Origin: Candidatus Omnitrophota bacterium
GTDB taxonomy: Bacteria; Omnitrophota; Gorgyraeia; Zapsychrales; Fredricksoniimonadaceae
DNA length: 64,000 nucleotides
Assembly: GCA_002753465.1 (NCBI GenBank)
Contig: PEAF01000001.1
Span: 69,455-133,454 of the forward strand
Reading direction: 5' to 3'
Shown: one piece after another, positions 18,627 to 27,572 of the stretch
How positions within the stretch are numbered: position 1 is the first letter of the stretch
Layout: the number at the start of each line of letters is the position of its first letter
Program-made: the position numbers and the translations under genes
Notes under the pieces: generated by a model
Told to the model about the DNA's origin: nothing
Seen by the model: only the letters and a program-made list of their open reading frames with translations
The model's database searches: none

Positions 18627-20003
18627 ATGCTCGATCTGATCCTGATCAATGATTATTCTCGCCAACACCAACCGTTTTCTTACGGTAAAATATGTTTGAC
18701 CGAGTTCCTGGTCCATAAAGGATGGAGAGTTCGTCTCATACAACCGGATGAAATCTTCAGGTTAGGACATGATCCAGCCCGATTCTTTGGTTTAGGTTCA
18801 TGGAGTTCGGACTTCCACCGTGTTGTTGAGACGGCAAATTTCTTAAAGAAAAACTACCCTAAAGTTCCGGTTATTTGCGGGGGAGGTCACATTACGGCCT
18901 GCCCTGGCGAACTTCAAGCATACACTGACATTTTCGATTATTGGGTTTTAGGCGAAGGTGAAGTGGCTCTTCACGAGATCCTTCAAGGACAGCATCAACC
19001 CCGTACCCTGATCACAAGACTTGTTCCTGAACAGGACCTGCTCCCCCCCTCTATCGCCCATAGTCCGATCATGAATGGTTCGTATATCGGTATTGCTTCC
19101 AGAGGATGTCCGCATGCCTGCACATTTTGCAACACGCATACCATGTTCGGTCATAAGACGCGCAATATTCCGATCGAAAAATATTTGCCGTTCCTGAAAG
19201 ATCTTATCCGTAAAGGTATGGTGACGCTCAGCTTCAGAGATCCGAGCTTTCTTAATAATATAAACTGGGCGACTGATTTTTGTACGGCCGTCGTCAAAGA
19301 AGATATTAAATTCAATTGGCTTGCGAGCTGTTGTGCTGAGCAATTAACAGAAGAACGGGTCTTAATGATGAAAAGAGCGGGTTGTATTGGTATTACGATA
19401 GGTGTTGAGTCAGGATCCCAGGCGATGTTGAACATTATGCATAAAACAGCCGGTCTGAGTGAAATGAAGAAAGCCATCAGTCTCTGCAAGGGTAATAAAA
19501 TCCATACACATCTTAATCTTATGTATGGGATCGTTGGTGAAACATATGAAACTATGGCTGCCACACGTGAGTTCTGCCGGCAAACAAAGCCGGACTCGAG
19601 GACACTTTTTTTATACGAGCCGTTTCCAGGAACTGTAATGTTTAGTGAGGCAGAAAGAAACAACCTATTAAGCCCTTATAACTGGGTTAAAGGAAAAATG
19701 CCTCAGCTATTGTCAACAGGGTTTATGACAAGGGCTGAGGTCATAAAAGAGGCTGATCGTCTTTGGCATACCGGTCCTTTTCATCAGTACCTCCGTAATG
19801 CGAATTTGAAGATGAACATGCTCTTTGTGCCTGGCGTTTTGGTTCGAGTTGTTCTTTTAAAGATCCTTTTGTTGTTGAACCAACGCCCCACCCATGTAAA
19901 CCCTCGGCCTTTAAATAGATTTCAACAAGTATGGCAAACTTACACGATCAACTTAATAGGTAAGATCCAAATATATTTACATATTTCTTTATTAAGTACA
20001 TGA
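18627..20003 (+). CDS. B12-binding-domain radical SAM enzyme (class B type), paralog B
   Basis: SRGCPHACTFCNT. I moved the start to ATG 18627 because MLDLILIND matches the N-terminus of paralog A; the track's 18615 start is a TTG. Confidence 0.85.
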   Translation: MLDLILINDYSRQHQPFSYGKICLTEFLVHKGWRVRLIQPDEIFRLGHDPARFFGLGSWSSDFHRVVETANFLKKNYPKVPVICGGGHITACPGELQAYTDIFDYWVLGEGEVALHEILQGQHQPRTLITRLVPEQDLLPPSIAHSPIMNGSYIGIASRGCPHACTFCNTHTMFGHKTRNIPIEKYLPFLKDLIRKGMVTLSFRDPSFLNNINWATDFCTAVVKEDIKFNWLASCCAEQLTEERVLMMKRAGCIGITIGVESGSQAMLNIMHKTAGLSEMKKAISLCKGNKIHTHLNLMYGIVGETYETMAATREFCRQTKPDSRTLFLYEPFPGTVMFSEAERNNLLSPYNWVKGKMPQLLSTGFMTRAEVIKEADRLWHTGPFHQYLRNANLKMNMLFVPGVLVRVVLLKILLLLNQRPTHVNPRPLNRFQQVWQTYTINLIGKIQIYLHISLLST

Positions 20004-20007
20004 AGAT

Positions 20008-21645
20008 TTAGTCAGGCAATATTTTCCTTTTATAGTGCCAGATAAGAACACCATCACGGCTTAGAAATTCTGTTGCGACATAATCTTTAGTAATAAAATC
20101 TCTTACGGCAAGAAAGTTCTTACCTAAAGTAAGATCTTTATCCCACGAAGATCCGATCAACCAGAAACTGGCAGGATGCCATGTTCTCTTGTCGATCATA
20201 ATGTGTTGATCAAAACGAAGCAGTCCGTAAAGCGCTGTCATATTATCCAGTTTTGTGCTCATTGACCAACCCCGGAACGATTCAAGCTCGAAGGGCTCCA
20301 AGAGACCCGGGTAAAGCATGACGATCCTTTGTCCGGCATCCAGGATAGCGGAAGGTAATACCCTGCGAAGGAATATTGTTGCCTGCATATCAGTTGCAAC
20401 AATTTTTTCGTCGGGCTGTAAATTATCTTTAATATGTTTAATTAGTGCGACATACTGCTTTCGTTCATGTATGCCCGGATAGAATTCCCCGCTTCCTTCT
20501 TTATAAAATACTGAACCTTGTCTGAAATTGATCCAGCCGAAAAATAAGAGTATAAATAAAATAAAAGTTACTAGAATGCGAGGCCATTTCATTGGAAAGG
20601 ACAAAATACCATAAACAAATATGATGTAAAAGAATGGAGAAAATATTATAAGATGTCGTGCTATAAAAATTGGGTTGAAGGTCCGCGAGGATAAAAAGAT
20701 CAAGAGGACCGGGAAGATTGTAAGAAGACAAAGGGTAATGAATTTATTCTTATCGGTATTTTTATGTAAGAAACACAATCCTCGCCATAAAAGCAACCAG
20801 AAAATTACGATCCCAGCCAACAACTGCCAGCGCTCAGACAGATATCCTCCGACACAAATAACTGGAAAGAAAATAAGATCACCCGTAGATGGAGGAGGTA
20901 GCCAGAACCGACCATGACTTAGGCACCCGATTTGTTGTGAAATTATCGGTCCTAGAAGAATGGCGGCACCGGTCAATACGAGCCCAATCAGCCAGGAAAA
21001 TGAAAAATAAGAGTTTTGTTTCAGGGTCTTTTTACGGGTAAGCAACAAGCCGAATATGAAAATTGCGTAATACGTAAACATAACGGCTGTAGCAGCTGTA
21101 ACCAGGAAGGCAAACCACCATAAACGACTAGAATGTTTTTTCATGCGAAGGAAACAGTACACAGCTAAAAGAAATAAGAAGCAGAAGATAGTATATCCGC
21201 GCGCCTCCTGAGCATACCAAATATGAAAAGAACTGCCGGTCATGATGGCCACAGCCATCAAGCTTTCGGGTTTTTCAAGAAAGTATCTGGTCACCCGGTA
21301 TAAGATCCATAATGATAAAATACCCCAGAATGTTGAAAGATACCGCAAGGCCATTTCATCAGGAAATATGCTGCTAAAACCATATATCATTAAGTAGTAT
21401 AAAGGCGGTTGGTAATCAAAATGCGCCGAACGCCAAAAATACCCTGCCACAGTAGTTGGAAAGTGAAATTTAGGATCAAATGAGTGAGACCGGGCCAAGG
21501 TCATCGACACTTCATGGTTGGTGTATTGAATAGTCGCTAATTCATCGAGCCAGAACTCAGAACGTCTTATATCATAAGTCCTTGCCAGAAAACCTGCCAA
21601 AATGAGGAAAAATAAAATGAGGCTGTAAATGATGCGGGATGACAT
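20008..21645 (-). CDS. GT-C fold membrane glycosyltransferase (PMT_2/ArnT-like), paralog B
   Basis: FWLDELATIQYT and FHIWYAQEARGY, multi-TM. Its stop lies only 4 nt from the stop of the convergent radical SAM gene. Confidence 0.7.
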   Translation of the reverse strand: MSSRIIYSLILFFLILAGFLARTYDIRRSEFWLDELATIQYTNHEVSMTLARSHSFDPKFHFPTTVAGYFWRSAHFDYQPPLYYLMIYGFSSIFPDEMALRYLSTFWGILSLWILYRVTRYFLEKPESLMAVAIMTGSSFHIWYAQEARGYTIFCFLFLLAVYCFLRMKKHSSRLWWFAFLVTAATAVMFTYYAIFIFGLLLTRKKTLKQNSYFSFSWLIGLVLTGAAILLGPIISQQIGCLSHGRFWLPPPSTGDLIFFPVICVGGYLSERWQLLAGIVIFWLLLWRGLCFLHKNTDKNKFITLCLLTIFPVLLIFLSSRTFNPIFIARHLIIFSPFFYIIFVYGILSFPMKWPRILVTFILFILLFFGWINFRQGSVFYKEGSGEFYPGIHERKQYVALIKHIKDNLQPDEKIVATDMQATIFLRRVLPSAILDAGQRIVMLYPGLLEPFELESFRGWSMSTKLDNMTALYGLLRFDQHIMIDKRTWHPASFWLIGSSWDKDLTLGKNFLAVRDFITKDYVATEFLSRDGVLIWHYKRKILPD

Positions 21646-21648
21646 TAA

Positions 21649-22419
21649 TTATACCTTAGTGCATCTGGCGGTAATGAACCAACCGGTGAACGATCTTGTA
21701 TTTTTATTTCTGTCTAAGAAATCTGCGAAGCGCGTAAAGAATATGGCTGTTTTCATAAGAAGATCAGTTGATAGGGACCCTCGCAAGAGTTTTAGGATCG
21801 AATTTGATGGATTGATTATATGCACCACAACAGCATATTCTTTGGCCATCAATCCAGCCGACTTTAAGTGACGGTCAAGTTCATGCGGGGTGTAAAACTG
21901 AACCGGCCCGGTTCCTTTTACCAACCAACTTTCAATAGTAAGCCAAAAACAGAAATTAAAATTACATTTGTTGTTCATAGCTAATAAAATAGTGCCGTCA
22001 GGTTTAAGCACCCTGCGGAGTTCTTTCAAGGCGCGGGTTAATTCATCTGAACGCTTAAAATGATCAAGGGTGGACGTAGACAGTATCAGGTCAAAAGTAT
22101 TATCCTTAAAAGGAAGGTGGCGTACATCGCCGTTGATATAAGCCTGGTCTTTTTTTGATCGCTCCTTGCGTATAAGATCTGCCTGGACAACCGTTGAGAG
22201 GCAGATATCAATAGCATAAAACTGTGATCCCTTGCCATTCAGTGAAAAAAGAAGTTCATCTTCCCCATAGGCTTCTTCACGCAGATCAGTCTTAAGCACC
22301 GTCATTTTATCAGTACTTATTCCCCAGGCTTGAAGTATTTTCCTGAATTGATCGGATTTATAGCGGCCAAGAACCGGATCAATATGTGAAAGTGCTTTCT
22401 TCGAAACATTGCACGTCAT
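21649..22419 (-). CDS. Class I SAM-dependent methyltransferase
   Basis: FDLILSTSTLDHFKRSDELTRALKELRRVLKPDGTILL follows the Methyltransf_11/25-like pattern. Start is set at ATG 22419 (TGATATG junction with the upstream stop at 22421) rather than the track's 22473. Confidence 0.75.
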   Translation of the reverse strand: MTCNVSKKALSHIDPVLGRYKSDQFRKILQAWGISTDKMTVLKTDLREEAYGEDELLFSLNGKGSQFYAIDICLSTVVQADLIRKERSKKDQAYINGDVRHLPFKDNTFDLILSTSTLDHFKRSDELTRALKELRRVLKPDGTILLAMNNKCNFNFCFWLTIESWLVKGTGPVQFYTPHELDRHLKSAGLMAKEYAVVVHIINPSNSILKLLRGSLSTDLLMKTAIFFTRFADFLDRNKNTRSFTGWFITARCTKV

Positions 22420-22420
22420 A

Positions 22421-23839
22421 TCAGTGCCCTTTGGATACGTTGCACAGGATACGCGCATATTTCTGCAGGCCATACCGGAAGCCCTTTAATCCTGTAGGGT
22501 ATAATCTGAAAAATGATACGTAACCATCCCATAACCAGAAAATATAGGCGTAGAATTTGCCCCAGGGATAATGGATCATTTTACGTATCATCGGCCACAG
22601 CCAGGGGAATTCAACAGCCACAGCAAATAATTTATGAAGGTTTTCGACAGCAAGTTTCTCTTTATTATTAGTGTGAATTATATGCGAATGCCATTCAGAC
22701 CAGGCATGATCCTGCGCTAATAAACCTTTCTCCAAACAATATTCACGAATAGCGGTCTGCGGGTACGGCATCAGTAATTTAACAGTACAGTAATCCACAT
22801 GGCATTGCCAGTTAAGATGAAGTGTTGCAATATCATCCTGCAAAGTTCCTTCGGGGATCCCTAGAATATTAGTTGTTTCTAGCTTTAAGCCGGCTTTCTT
22901 AATGATCCGTGCCGCATCAATAATATCCTGTTTAGACATGCCGCGGTTCAAAACACGACGGCGCAGATCATCATTGGCAGTTTCCAGCCCGATTGAAATG
23001 GTTACACAGCCTGACTTTTTAAGGTATCCGATCATCTCTTCATTGACCAGTTCAACACGTATGTAACAAGAAAACGGGATATGCACATGTTGGGAGTATT
23101 GTTCAGCAAATCGTCGTATCCACGTTATATCAGATGCAAAAAGATCATCTTCGAACATTATAAATGCCACCCGCGCTTTAGTGCATGTTTGCCGGATCTC
23201 CAGGATCACATTCTCGACGCTTCTCCGGCGAACTTTTTTAGAGCTAACGCCATAAAGCTGGTTAAAGGGCGGATGCGAACAATAGGTACATTCAAAAGGG
23301 CAACCGCGGCTTGTCAGCACATGCATCTTACCTTTATGGAATGTTTCGTTCTCTTGAAACAGTTCTCTGTCAGCAAAAGGGAGTGTATCCAGGTTATCAA
23401 TCAAAGGCCTTAACGGGTTCTTAAAAACTATACCATTGTCTTTTACCCATAAATTGGATATCCCTGAAATCGGTTTTCCCGATTCCATGGCATTGGCTAA
23501 TTCAAGGAAAGCGTGTTCTCCTTCCCCGATACACACACAGTCCACCCCATCTTCATAGATCACTTCAGGAACATAGGTAGGATGAGGACCTCCCCAGATT
23601 GAAAAAACTTTGAATTGCGCTTTGATCTTTTTGTTCAATATGAGGTAATCCTGAGCGTAAATGGTCGGAACGCTAAAGGCTATGATCGAAAATGGTTTAT
23701 GCGATAATCTGGCAGCAACTTTGTCAAATATCGACTCAACGATCTCAACCGTATGCCCGGCATCTTTTAATATCCTCGAAAGGAGCATGATGCCCAGGTG
23801 TTCTATATCGCCATGTTTAACAATAAATAAGATATTCAT
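22421..23839 (-). CDS. B12-binding-domain radical SAM enzyme (class B type)
   Basis: MNILFIVKHGDIEHLGIMLLSRILKDAGHTVEIVES, SRGCPFECTYCSH, and an aromatic/hydrophobic C-terminal tail (FYAYIFWLWDGYVSFFRLY). The start abuts the upstream stop (TAAATG). Confidence 0.85.
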   Translation of the reverse strand: MNILFIVKHGDIEHLGIMLLSRILKDAGHTVEIVESIFDKVAARLSHKPFSIIAFSVPTIYAQDYLILNKKIKAQFKVFSIWGGPHPTYVPEVIYEDGVDCVCIGEGEHAFLELANAMESGKPISGISNLWVKDNGIVFKNPLRPLIDNLDTLPFADRELFQENETFHKGKMHVLTSRGCPFECTYCSHPPFNQLYGVSSKKVRRRSVENVILEIRQTCTKARVAFIMFEDDLFASDITWIRRFAEQYSQHVHIPFSCYIRVELVNEEMIGYLKKSGCVTISIGLETANDDLRRRVLNRGMSKQDIIDAARIIKKAGLKLETTNILGIPEGTLQDDIATLHLNWQCHVDYCTVKLLMPYPQTAIREYCLEKGLLAQDHAWSEWHSHIIHTNNKEKLAVENLHKLFAVAVEFPWLWPMIRKMIHYPWGKFYAYIFWLWDGYVSFFRLYPTGLKGFRYGLQKYARILCNVSKGH

Positions 23840-24877
23840 TTACGATATTTTCGCTTCATTAGAAGAAACGGTGTCTGTTTGAGGTTTTTGACGCATAATG
23901 CAATCAGAACTATTGAATTGATCAAGGTAGGGATGTTTTTTCATGCGCGACCAAATGGTTTTCAATTGTTCTGTACGAATATTGCCGGTAGTGAATGGAA
24001 CAAAGCAGCATGGTTGTACATCCCCGTAAGGAGAAACATAGAGCATTTTCTTTAACACAGCATTGCATTCAGTAAACTTGTTACAAACGCCTTCAATATA
24101 AACAAAAAGTGGATCAAGCAAATCTTTCACAATTTGCTTTTCCTGCGCGTTTAAGATCACATTCTTGCAGCCAAGCCATTTGCCGGCTGGGATGGAAAGC
24201 AGGATGCGAACGCCGTGAGCGCTCCTATTTCGGGCAAGTTCTATAATCGCCTTCAAATCACCGTTTTGAATATTCAGACTTGTCGCATATGTAGAGAAAA
24301 TAACAGGGATACCGGCAGCAACACAGGATTGTACAGCTTCCATGGCTTTTTTGAAAATTCCTGGTGATCCTCTTAAAGCATCATGGACTTCGGCGATGGC
24401 GCTATCGACGCTGATATTAATAAAATTAAGGCCTTTTTGTTTTAAGACAGCCGCATAGCCACTGGTGAGCAAAAGACCATTGGTACTTAACCCCGTTACC
24501 ATGCCCAGATCATTGGCATAAGCAATGCATTCCGGCAGATCTTTTCTCAGTAATGGTTCCGCCCCGGCAAAAACTACAAAATAAACGCCAAGGTCCGAGG
24601 CTTGACGCAGTATGGCGTATATTTCCTGTAAAGTTAATTCCGTCGCATTCTGCCGGCTTTGACCATGTATGCCGCAATGCTCACAACTGAGCTGGCAATG
24701 ATATGTAACGCCAATTTCCAGCGATTGAGGAATGCCGGTTCCCCGCCAGGCAGAAACAGTTTTTTTAAACAATACGATAATTTTGGCATGTAAGGGCAAA
24801 GCACGAAAGAAAAGTTCATAATGATATTTCTTCAGTTCAAGCCATCGCCCGATGAACGTTTGATTTGGGTGCTTCAT
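23840..24877 (-). CDS. Radical SAM enzyme with a twitch-like (half-SPASM) C-terminal motif
   Basis: TYHCQLSCEHCGI supplies CxxxCxxC, followed by GAEPLL. The C-terminus has C-x13-G-x4-C (CNAVLKKMLYVSPYGDVQPC) but no CX2CX5CX3C. Confidence 0.8.
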   Translation of the reverse strand: MKHPNQTFIGRWLELKKYHYELFFRALPLHAKIIVLFKKTVSAWRGTGIPQSLEIGVTYHCQLSCEHCGIHGQSRQNATELTLQEIYAILRQASDLGVYFVVFAGAEPLLRKDLPECIAYANDLGMVTGLSTNGLLLTSGYAAVLKQKGLNFINISVDSAIAEVHDALRGSPGIFKKAMEAVQSCVAAGIPVIFSTYATSLNIQNGDLKAIIELARNRSAHGVRILLSIPAGKWLGCKNVILNAQEKQIVKDLLDPLFVYIEGVCNKFTECNAVLKKMLYVSPYGDVQPCCFVPFTTGNIRTEQLKTIWSRMKKHPYLDQFNSSDCIMRQKPQTDTVSSNEAKIS

Positions 24878-24908
24878 TTTTATGCCTTAAATAATTCTTA
24901 TCAGTAAC

Positions 24909-25985
24909 TCACGGGATCAGCGTACGAAAAACCTTGTCCAGTAATTCTGAAAAACTTTCTTTGGAACATCCTCTCATAACGCGGCAGAACATTTTGTCAC
25001 AGGTGGACATCTTTTGAAGTTTCTGTCGGGTTAAAGGGTCACGCCAAATATCATTCAATGATCGTTTGGAAAGATTTCCAATAGAATCCGGTATAAAAGT
25101 ACAAGGGTAAACGTCACCCTGCTCCATAACCCACAAATGATTGCCGAGGGCTTTACATGTACGTAAACGCTCTTGTACCGGGTGATTAAAATAATCCTTC
25201 ATCCGTTCCAATTGACCGTATGGATCAATGATAAATTTATTACTGCGCTTTAATGCGCACAAATTATCAATGATACGATCTACTTTGAGTTTGTCATCGG
25301 GGAAAAGTTCGTTTTCTGACTTAAACTGATGGTTCCTGCCCACACCCGTCATGTCGATGACACCTTGAAAGGAAATGGCAATACGACGCTGTTTGGCAAA
25401 ATCAGCAAGGGGCAGTATCTCATCAAGGTTTGATTTCATGATCGTTGTATTGATCTGAAGGGGGACTTTACGCACTAAAAGGTCGATGGCCGACATGACC
25501 TTGTCATACGTTCCTTTTACCCCCCTCATCGTGTCATGCGTTTCCGGGTTAAGCCCATCCAGGGAAATCTGTAGCATGGAAACTTTGTTGCGTATTAACA
25601 CGCCGGCTGCTTTGGCATTGATCAAGGAGGCATTCGTTGTAATGACAATGCCAATATTATGATGAGCAGAGAATTCAACCAGTTCCAGAAAATCCTTTCT
25701 AAAGAATGGTTCTCCTCCGTAAAAACGCAAGAAACAAGGGCCAACAGATTTTTTAATGTCTAAAATGATGTCCCGCCACTGGTGGGTAGACAACTCCTCC
25801 TTAATTTCATGCTTCCACATGGAACATTGCTGGCAACGCAAATTACACTTATGGGTCAACCGGATATCAATTAGATTCGGTGGCTGGCTAAATGTAATCC
25901 CCTGCAGTTGATCAAGGATCTGTTTCTTGGCGACACTAACGCCGCAATGAAGAAGCCGTGATAACCCTGAATGCGCTCGCATCAT
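24909..25985 (-). CDS. Radical SAM enzyme with a SPASM-like C-terminal domain
   Basis: THKCNLRCQQCSM and GGEPFF. The C-terminus has C-x12-G-x4-C (CKALGNHLWVMEQGDVYPC) plus the non-canonical CDKMFCRVMRGC. Confidence 0.8.
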   Translation of the reverse strand: MMRAHSGLSRLLHCGVSVAKKQILDQLQGITFSQPPNLIDIRLTHKCNLRCQQCSMWKHEIKEELSTHQWRDIILDIKKSVGPCFLRFYGGEPFFRKDFLELVEFSAHHNIGIVITTNASLINAKAAGVLIRNKVSMLQISLDGLNPETHDTMRGVKGTYDKVMSAIDLLVRKVPLQINTTIMKSNLDEILPLADFAKQRRIAISFQGVIDMTGVGRNHQFKSENELFPDDKLKVDRIIDNLCALKRSNKFIIDPYGQLERMKDYFNHPVQERLRTCKALGNHLWVMEQGDVYPCTFIPDSIGNLSKRSLNDIWRDPLTRQKLQKMSTCDKMFCRVMRGCSKESFSELLDKVFRTLIP

Positions 25986-25996
25986 AAAAGAACCTC

Positions 25997-27415
25997 TTAC
26001 ACTTTTCTTCTAAAATTAATTCTTGGGTTAATCTTTTTCATAACAAGTAATAGCTTAGAAACCGGATACTCAAGATGAAAAATAAAAAAGAAACAAAATC
26101 CGTCAATGGACCTACACGTAATCAGATGGATAAATGTTAACAAAAACTGCTCCGACCGCAACCTGATTGTGTTATAAACTGCATTTTTCTGTGATTCGTA
26201 AGCCAAATAATAGGGAGACTTACGTTTTTCTAACCAATAATCCTGGTTAATGAGATCCTTTTTAACAGCATCCTGATATAAAGTGCTGCCTGGCGAGAGG
26301 TACAAAGAAAAGATAGCTAAATGTGTAGGCTGAACCCTCCAAAGCAGTTTTACTGTTGTGATCCAGTCAGATACGGGCCTTTCTGGCCATCCCGCGATTA
26401 CATTTAACCTGAGTGACATTTTAAGAGACCTCGCAAGTCGAACAACCTTAGTGAGATTCTCATAATTGATGGTGATATGGCGATGGCGTTTTGCTAATGC
26501 GGGATCCATGCAGTCGGCACCTATCGTAAACCCCATACACCCTGCTTTATGGACCCACATGACAGTTTCCTCATCAATGTGATTGGGGTGAGTCTGAAAG
26601 AGCCACTGGATTTTTAGGCCACGTTTAATGATCTTTTTACATATGGTAATGACGCGCTCTTTATCAAAAGTAAAAAGTGGGTCCCAAAACATGAATTTTG
26701 ATGTTTGATGGGTCAGACTTATTTGCTCGAGCATATTGACCACACGCTCAGGTGAATGTGCTCGCCATTTACCGCAGCTCATCATATGTTCCGGACAATA
26801 GGAACAATGATAATAACAACCTCGTGATGAAATAATTTCAAAAAGGCGATCGAACGAGCCTATGCGAAATAGTCCTGCCCCTCCCAATGGGCTAAAAAAG
26901 TATAATTCAGGTGACTCAGAACAATCGATATGATCATAAAAATTATCCAGATCAGCATGCGGAGTAAGCTGATCAGTTATTTGAACGATTCCCCGGGTAT
27001 CCCTATAGGCCAAATTATGTACGTCAGAAATATCACGTTTCTCTTCAACGTGCTCGACTAATTCTTTCATGGGGATCTCTCCTTCGCCCAAAATAATAAA
27101 ATCGACGAAGGGAAATCTTTCAAGAAGTGTCTGATGGAAAACAGTGGCGTGAATATTTCCTAAAACGATCTTCACGTCAGGGTAAGATTCTTTTAAGGTT
27201 TTTGCCACGTCAAGAACATCCCAAATACCCGGGGTATAGCAAGTTAATCCAATGAGTGCGGGTGGTCGCCCAGGCCATAATTGAAGCAAATTATCCTTAA
27301 AAGGAGGTTTCAATCTTGCCAAGATTACATCATGACCCTCATTTTCTAAATAAGATGCAATATAACGTAATCCGATTGGATATGACTCATAGGTACTTAA
27401 AAGGCCGACCAACAT
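25997..27415 (-). CDS. B12-binding-domain radical SAM enzyme (class B type)
   Basis: YPIGLRYIASYLENEGHDVIL and SSRGCYYHCSYCPEH, with a hydrophobic C-terminal tail (IDGFCFFFIFHL). AGGAGA SD upstream. Confidence 0.85.
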   Translation of the reverse strand: MLVGLLSTYESYPIGLRYIASYLENEGHDVILARLKPPFKDNLLQLWPGRPPALIGLTCYTPGIWDVLDVAKTLKESYPDVKIVLGNIHATVFHQTLLERFPFVDFIILGEGEIPMKELVEHVEEKRDISDVHNLAYRDTRGIVQITDQLTPHADLDNFYDHIDCSESPELYFFSPLGGAGLFRIGSFDRLFEIISSRGCYYHCSYCPEHMMSCGKWRAHSPERVVNMLEQISLTHQTSKFMFWDPLFTFDKERVITICKKIIKRGLKIQWLFQTHPNHIDEETVMWVHKAGCMGFTIGADCMDPALAKRHRHITINYENLTKVVRLARSLKMSLRLNVIAGWPERPVSDWITTVKLLWRVQPTHLAIFSLYLSPGSTLYQDAVKKDLINQDYWLEKRKSPYYLAYESQKNAVYNTIRLRSEQFLLTFIHLITCRSIDGFCFFFIFHLEYPVSKLLLVMKKINPRINFRRKV

Positions 27416-27572
27416 GCAGTTTCTCCTGAACGAACGAGTTACAAGAAATCAATAAGTACTCTTAGCTCGTGCTGTAAATATTGAGCTTACCCCACTAGTT
27501 GTACAGGTTCATGTTTTGTAGTGGCGACTGATTTAACCACCGTGGTGGTGTTATTTCTGTAGCGTGGTGAAT

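Larger units (their letters stand above)
15448..21645. repeat. Diverged tandem duplication of a convergent two-gene cassette (B12-rSAM plus-strand / GT-C minus-strand)
   Basis: Unit 1 is 15448-18502 and unit 2 is 18627-21645, with the same gene order and orientation. The proteins align end to end: 39 of the first 60 rSAM residues are identical, and 37 of 51 in one GT-C block. The leader sequences are also related. Confidence 0.85.

Noticed and set aside
15769-19663. Antisense ORFs inside both B12-rSAM paralogs (15769-15975, 16128-16385, 18948-19343, 19151-19663) whose translations resemble each other.
   Set aside because: Their resemblance is a by-product of the duplication of the sense genes. 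They are open by chance on the complementary strand and carry no independent coding signal.
3046-27415. RiPP (ribosomal peptide) cluster interpretation of the radical SAM island.
   Set aside because: No short ORF with a leader/core look is present, and the gaps are 0-46 nt outside three AT-rich promoter gaps. There is no protease, ABC exporter or RRE-like gene. The presence of polytopic GT-C enzymes and hydrophobic tails on the rSAMs fits a lipid or glycan substrate better. A precursor encoded elsewhere cannot be excluded.
27416-27572. A possible cobalamin riboswitch or terminator upstream of the first B12-rSAM gene.
   Set aside because: I found no B12-box-like core. There are only short imperfect inverted repeats (CCACC-GT-GGTGG, ACGAG...CTCGT) without U-tracts, so this is most simply a promoter/leader with an AGGAGA SD.
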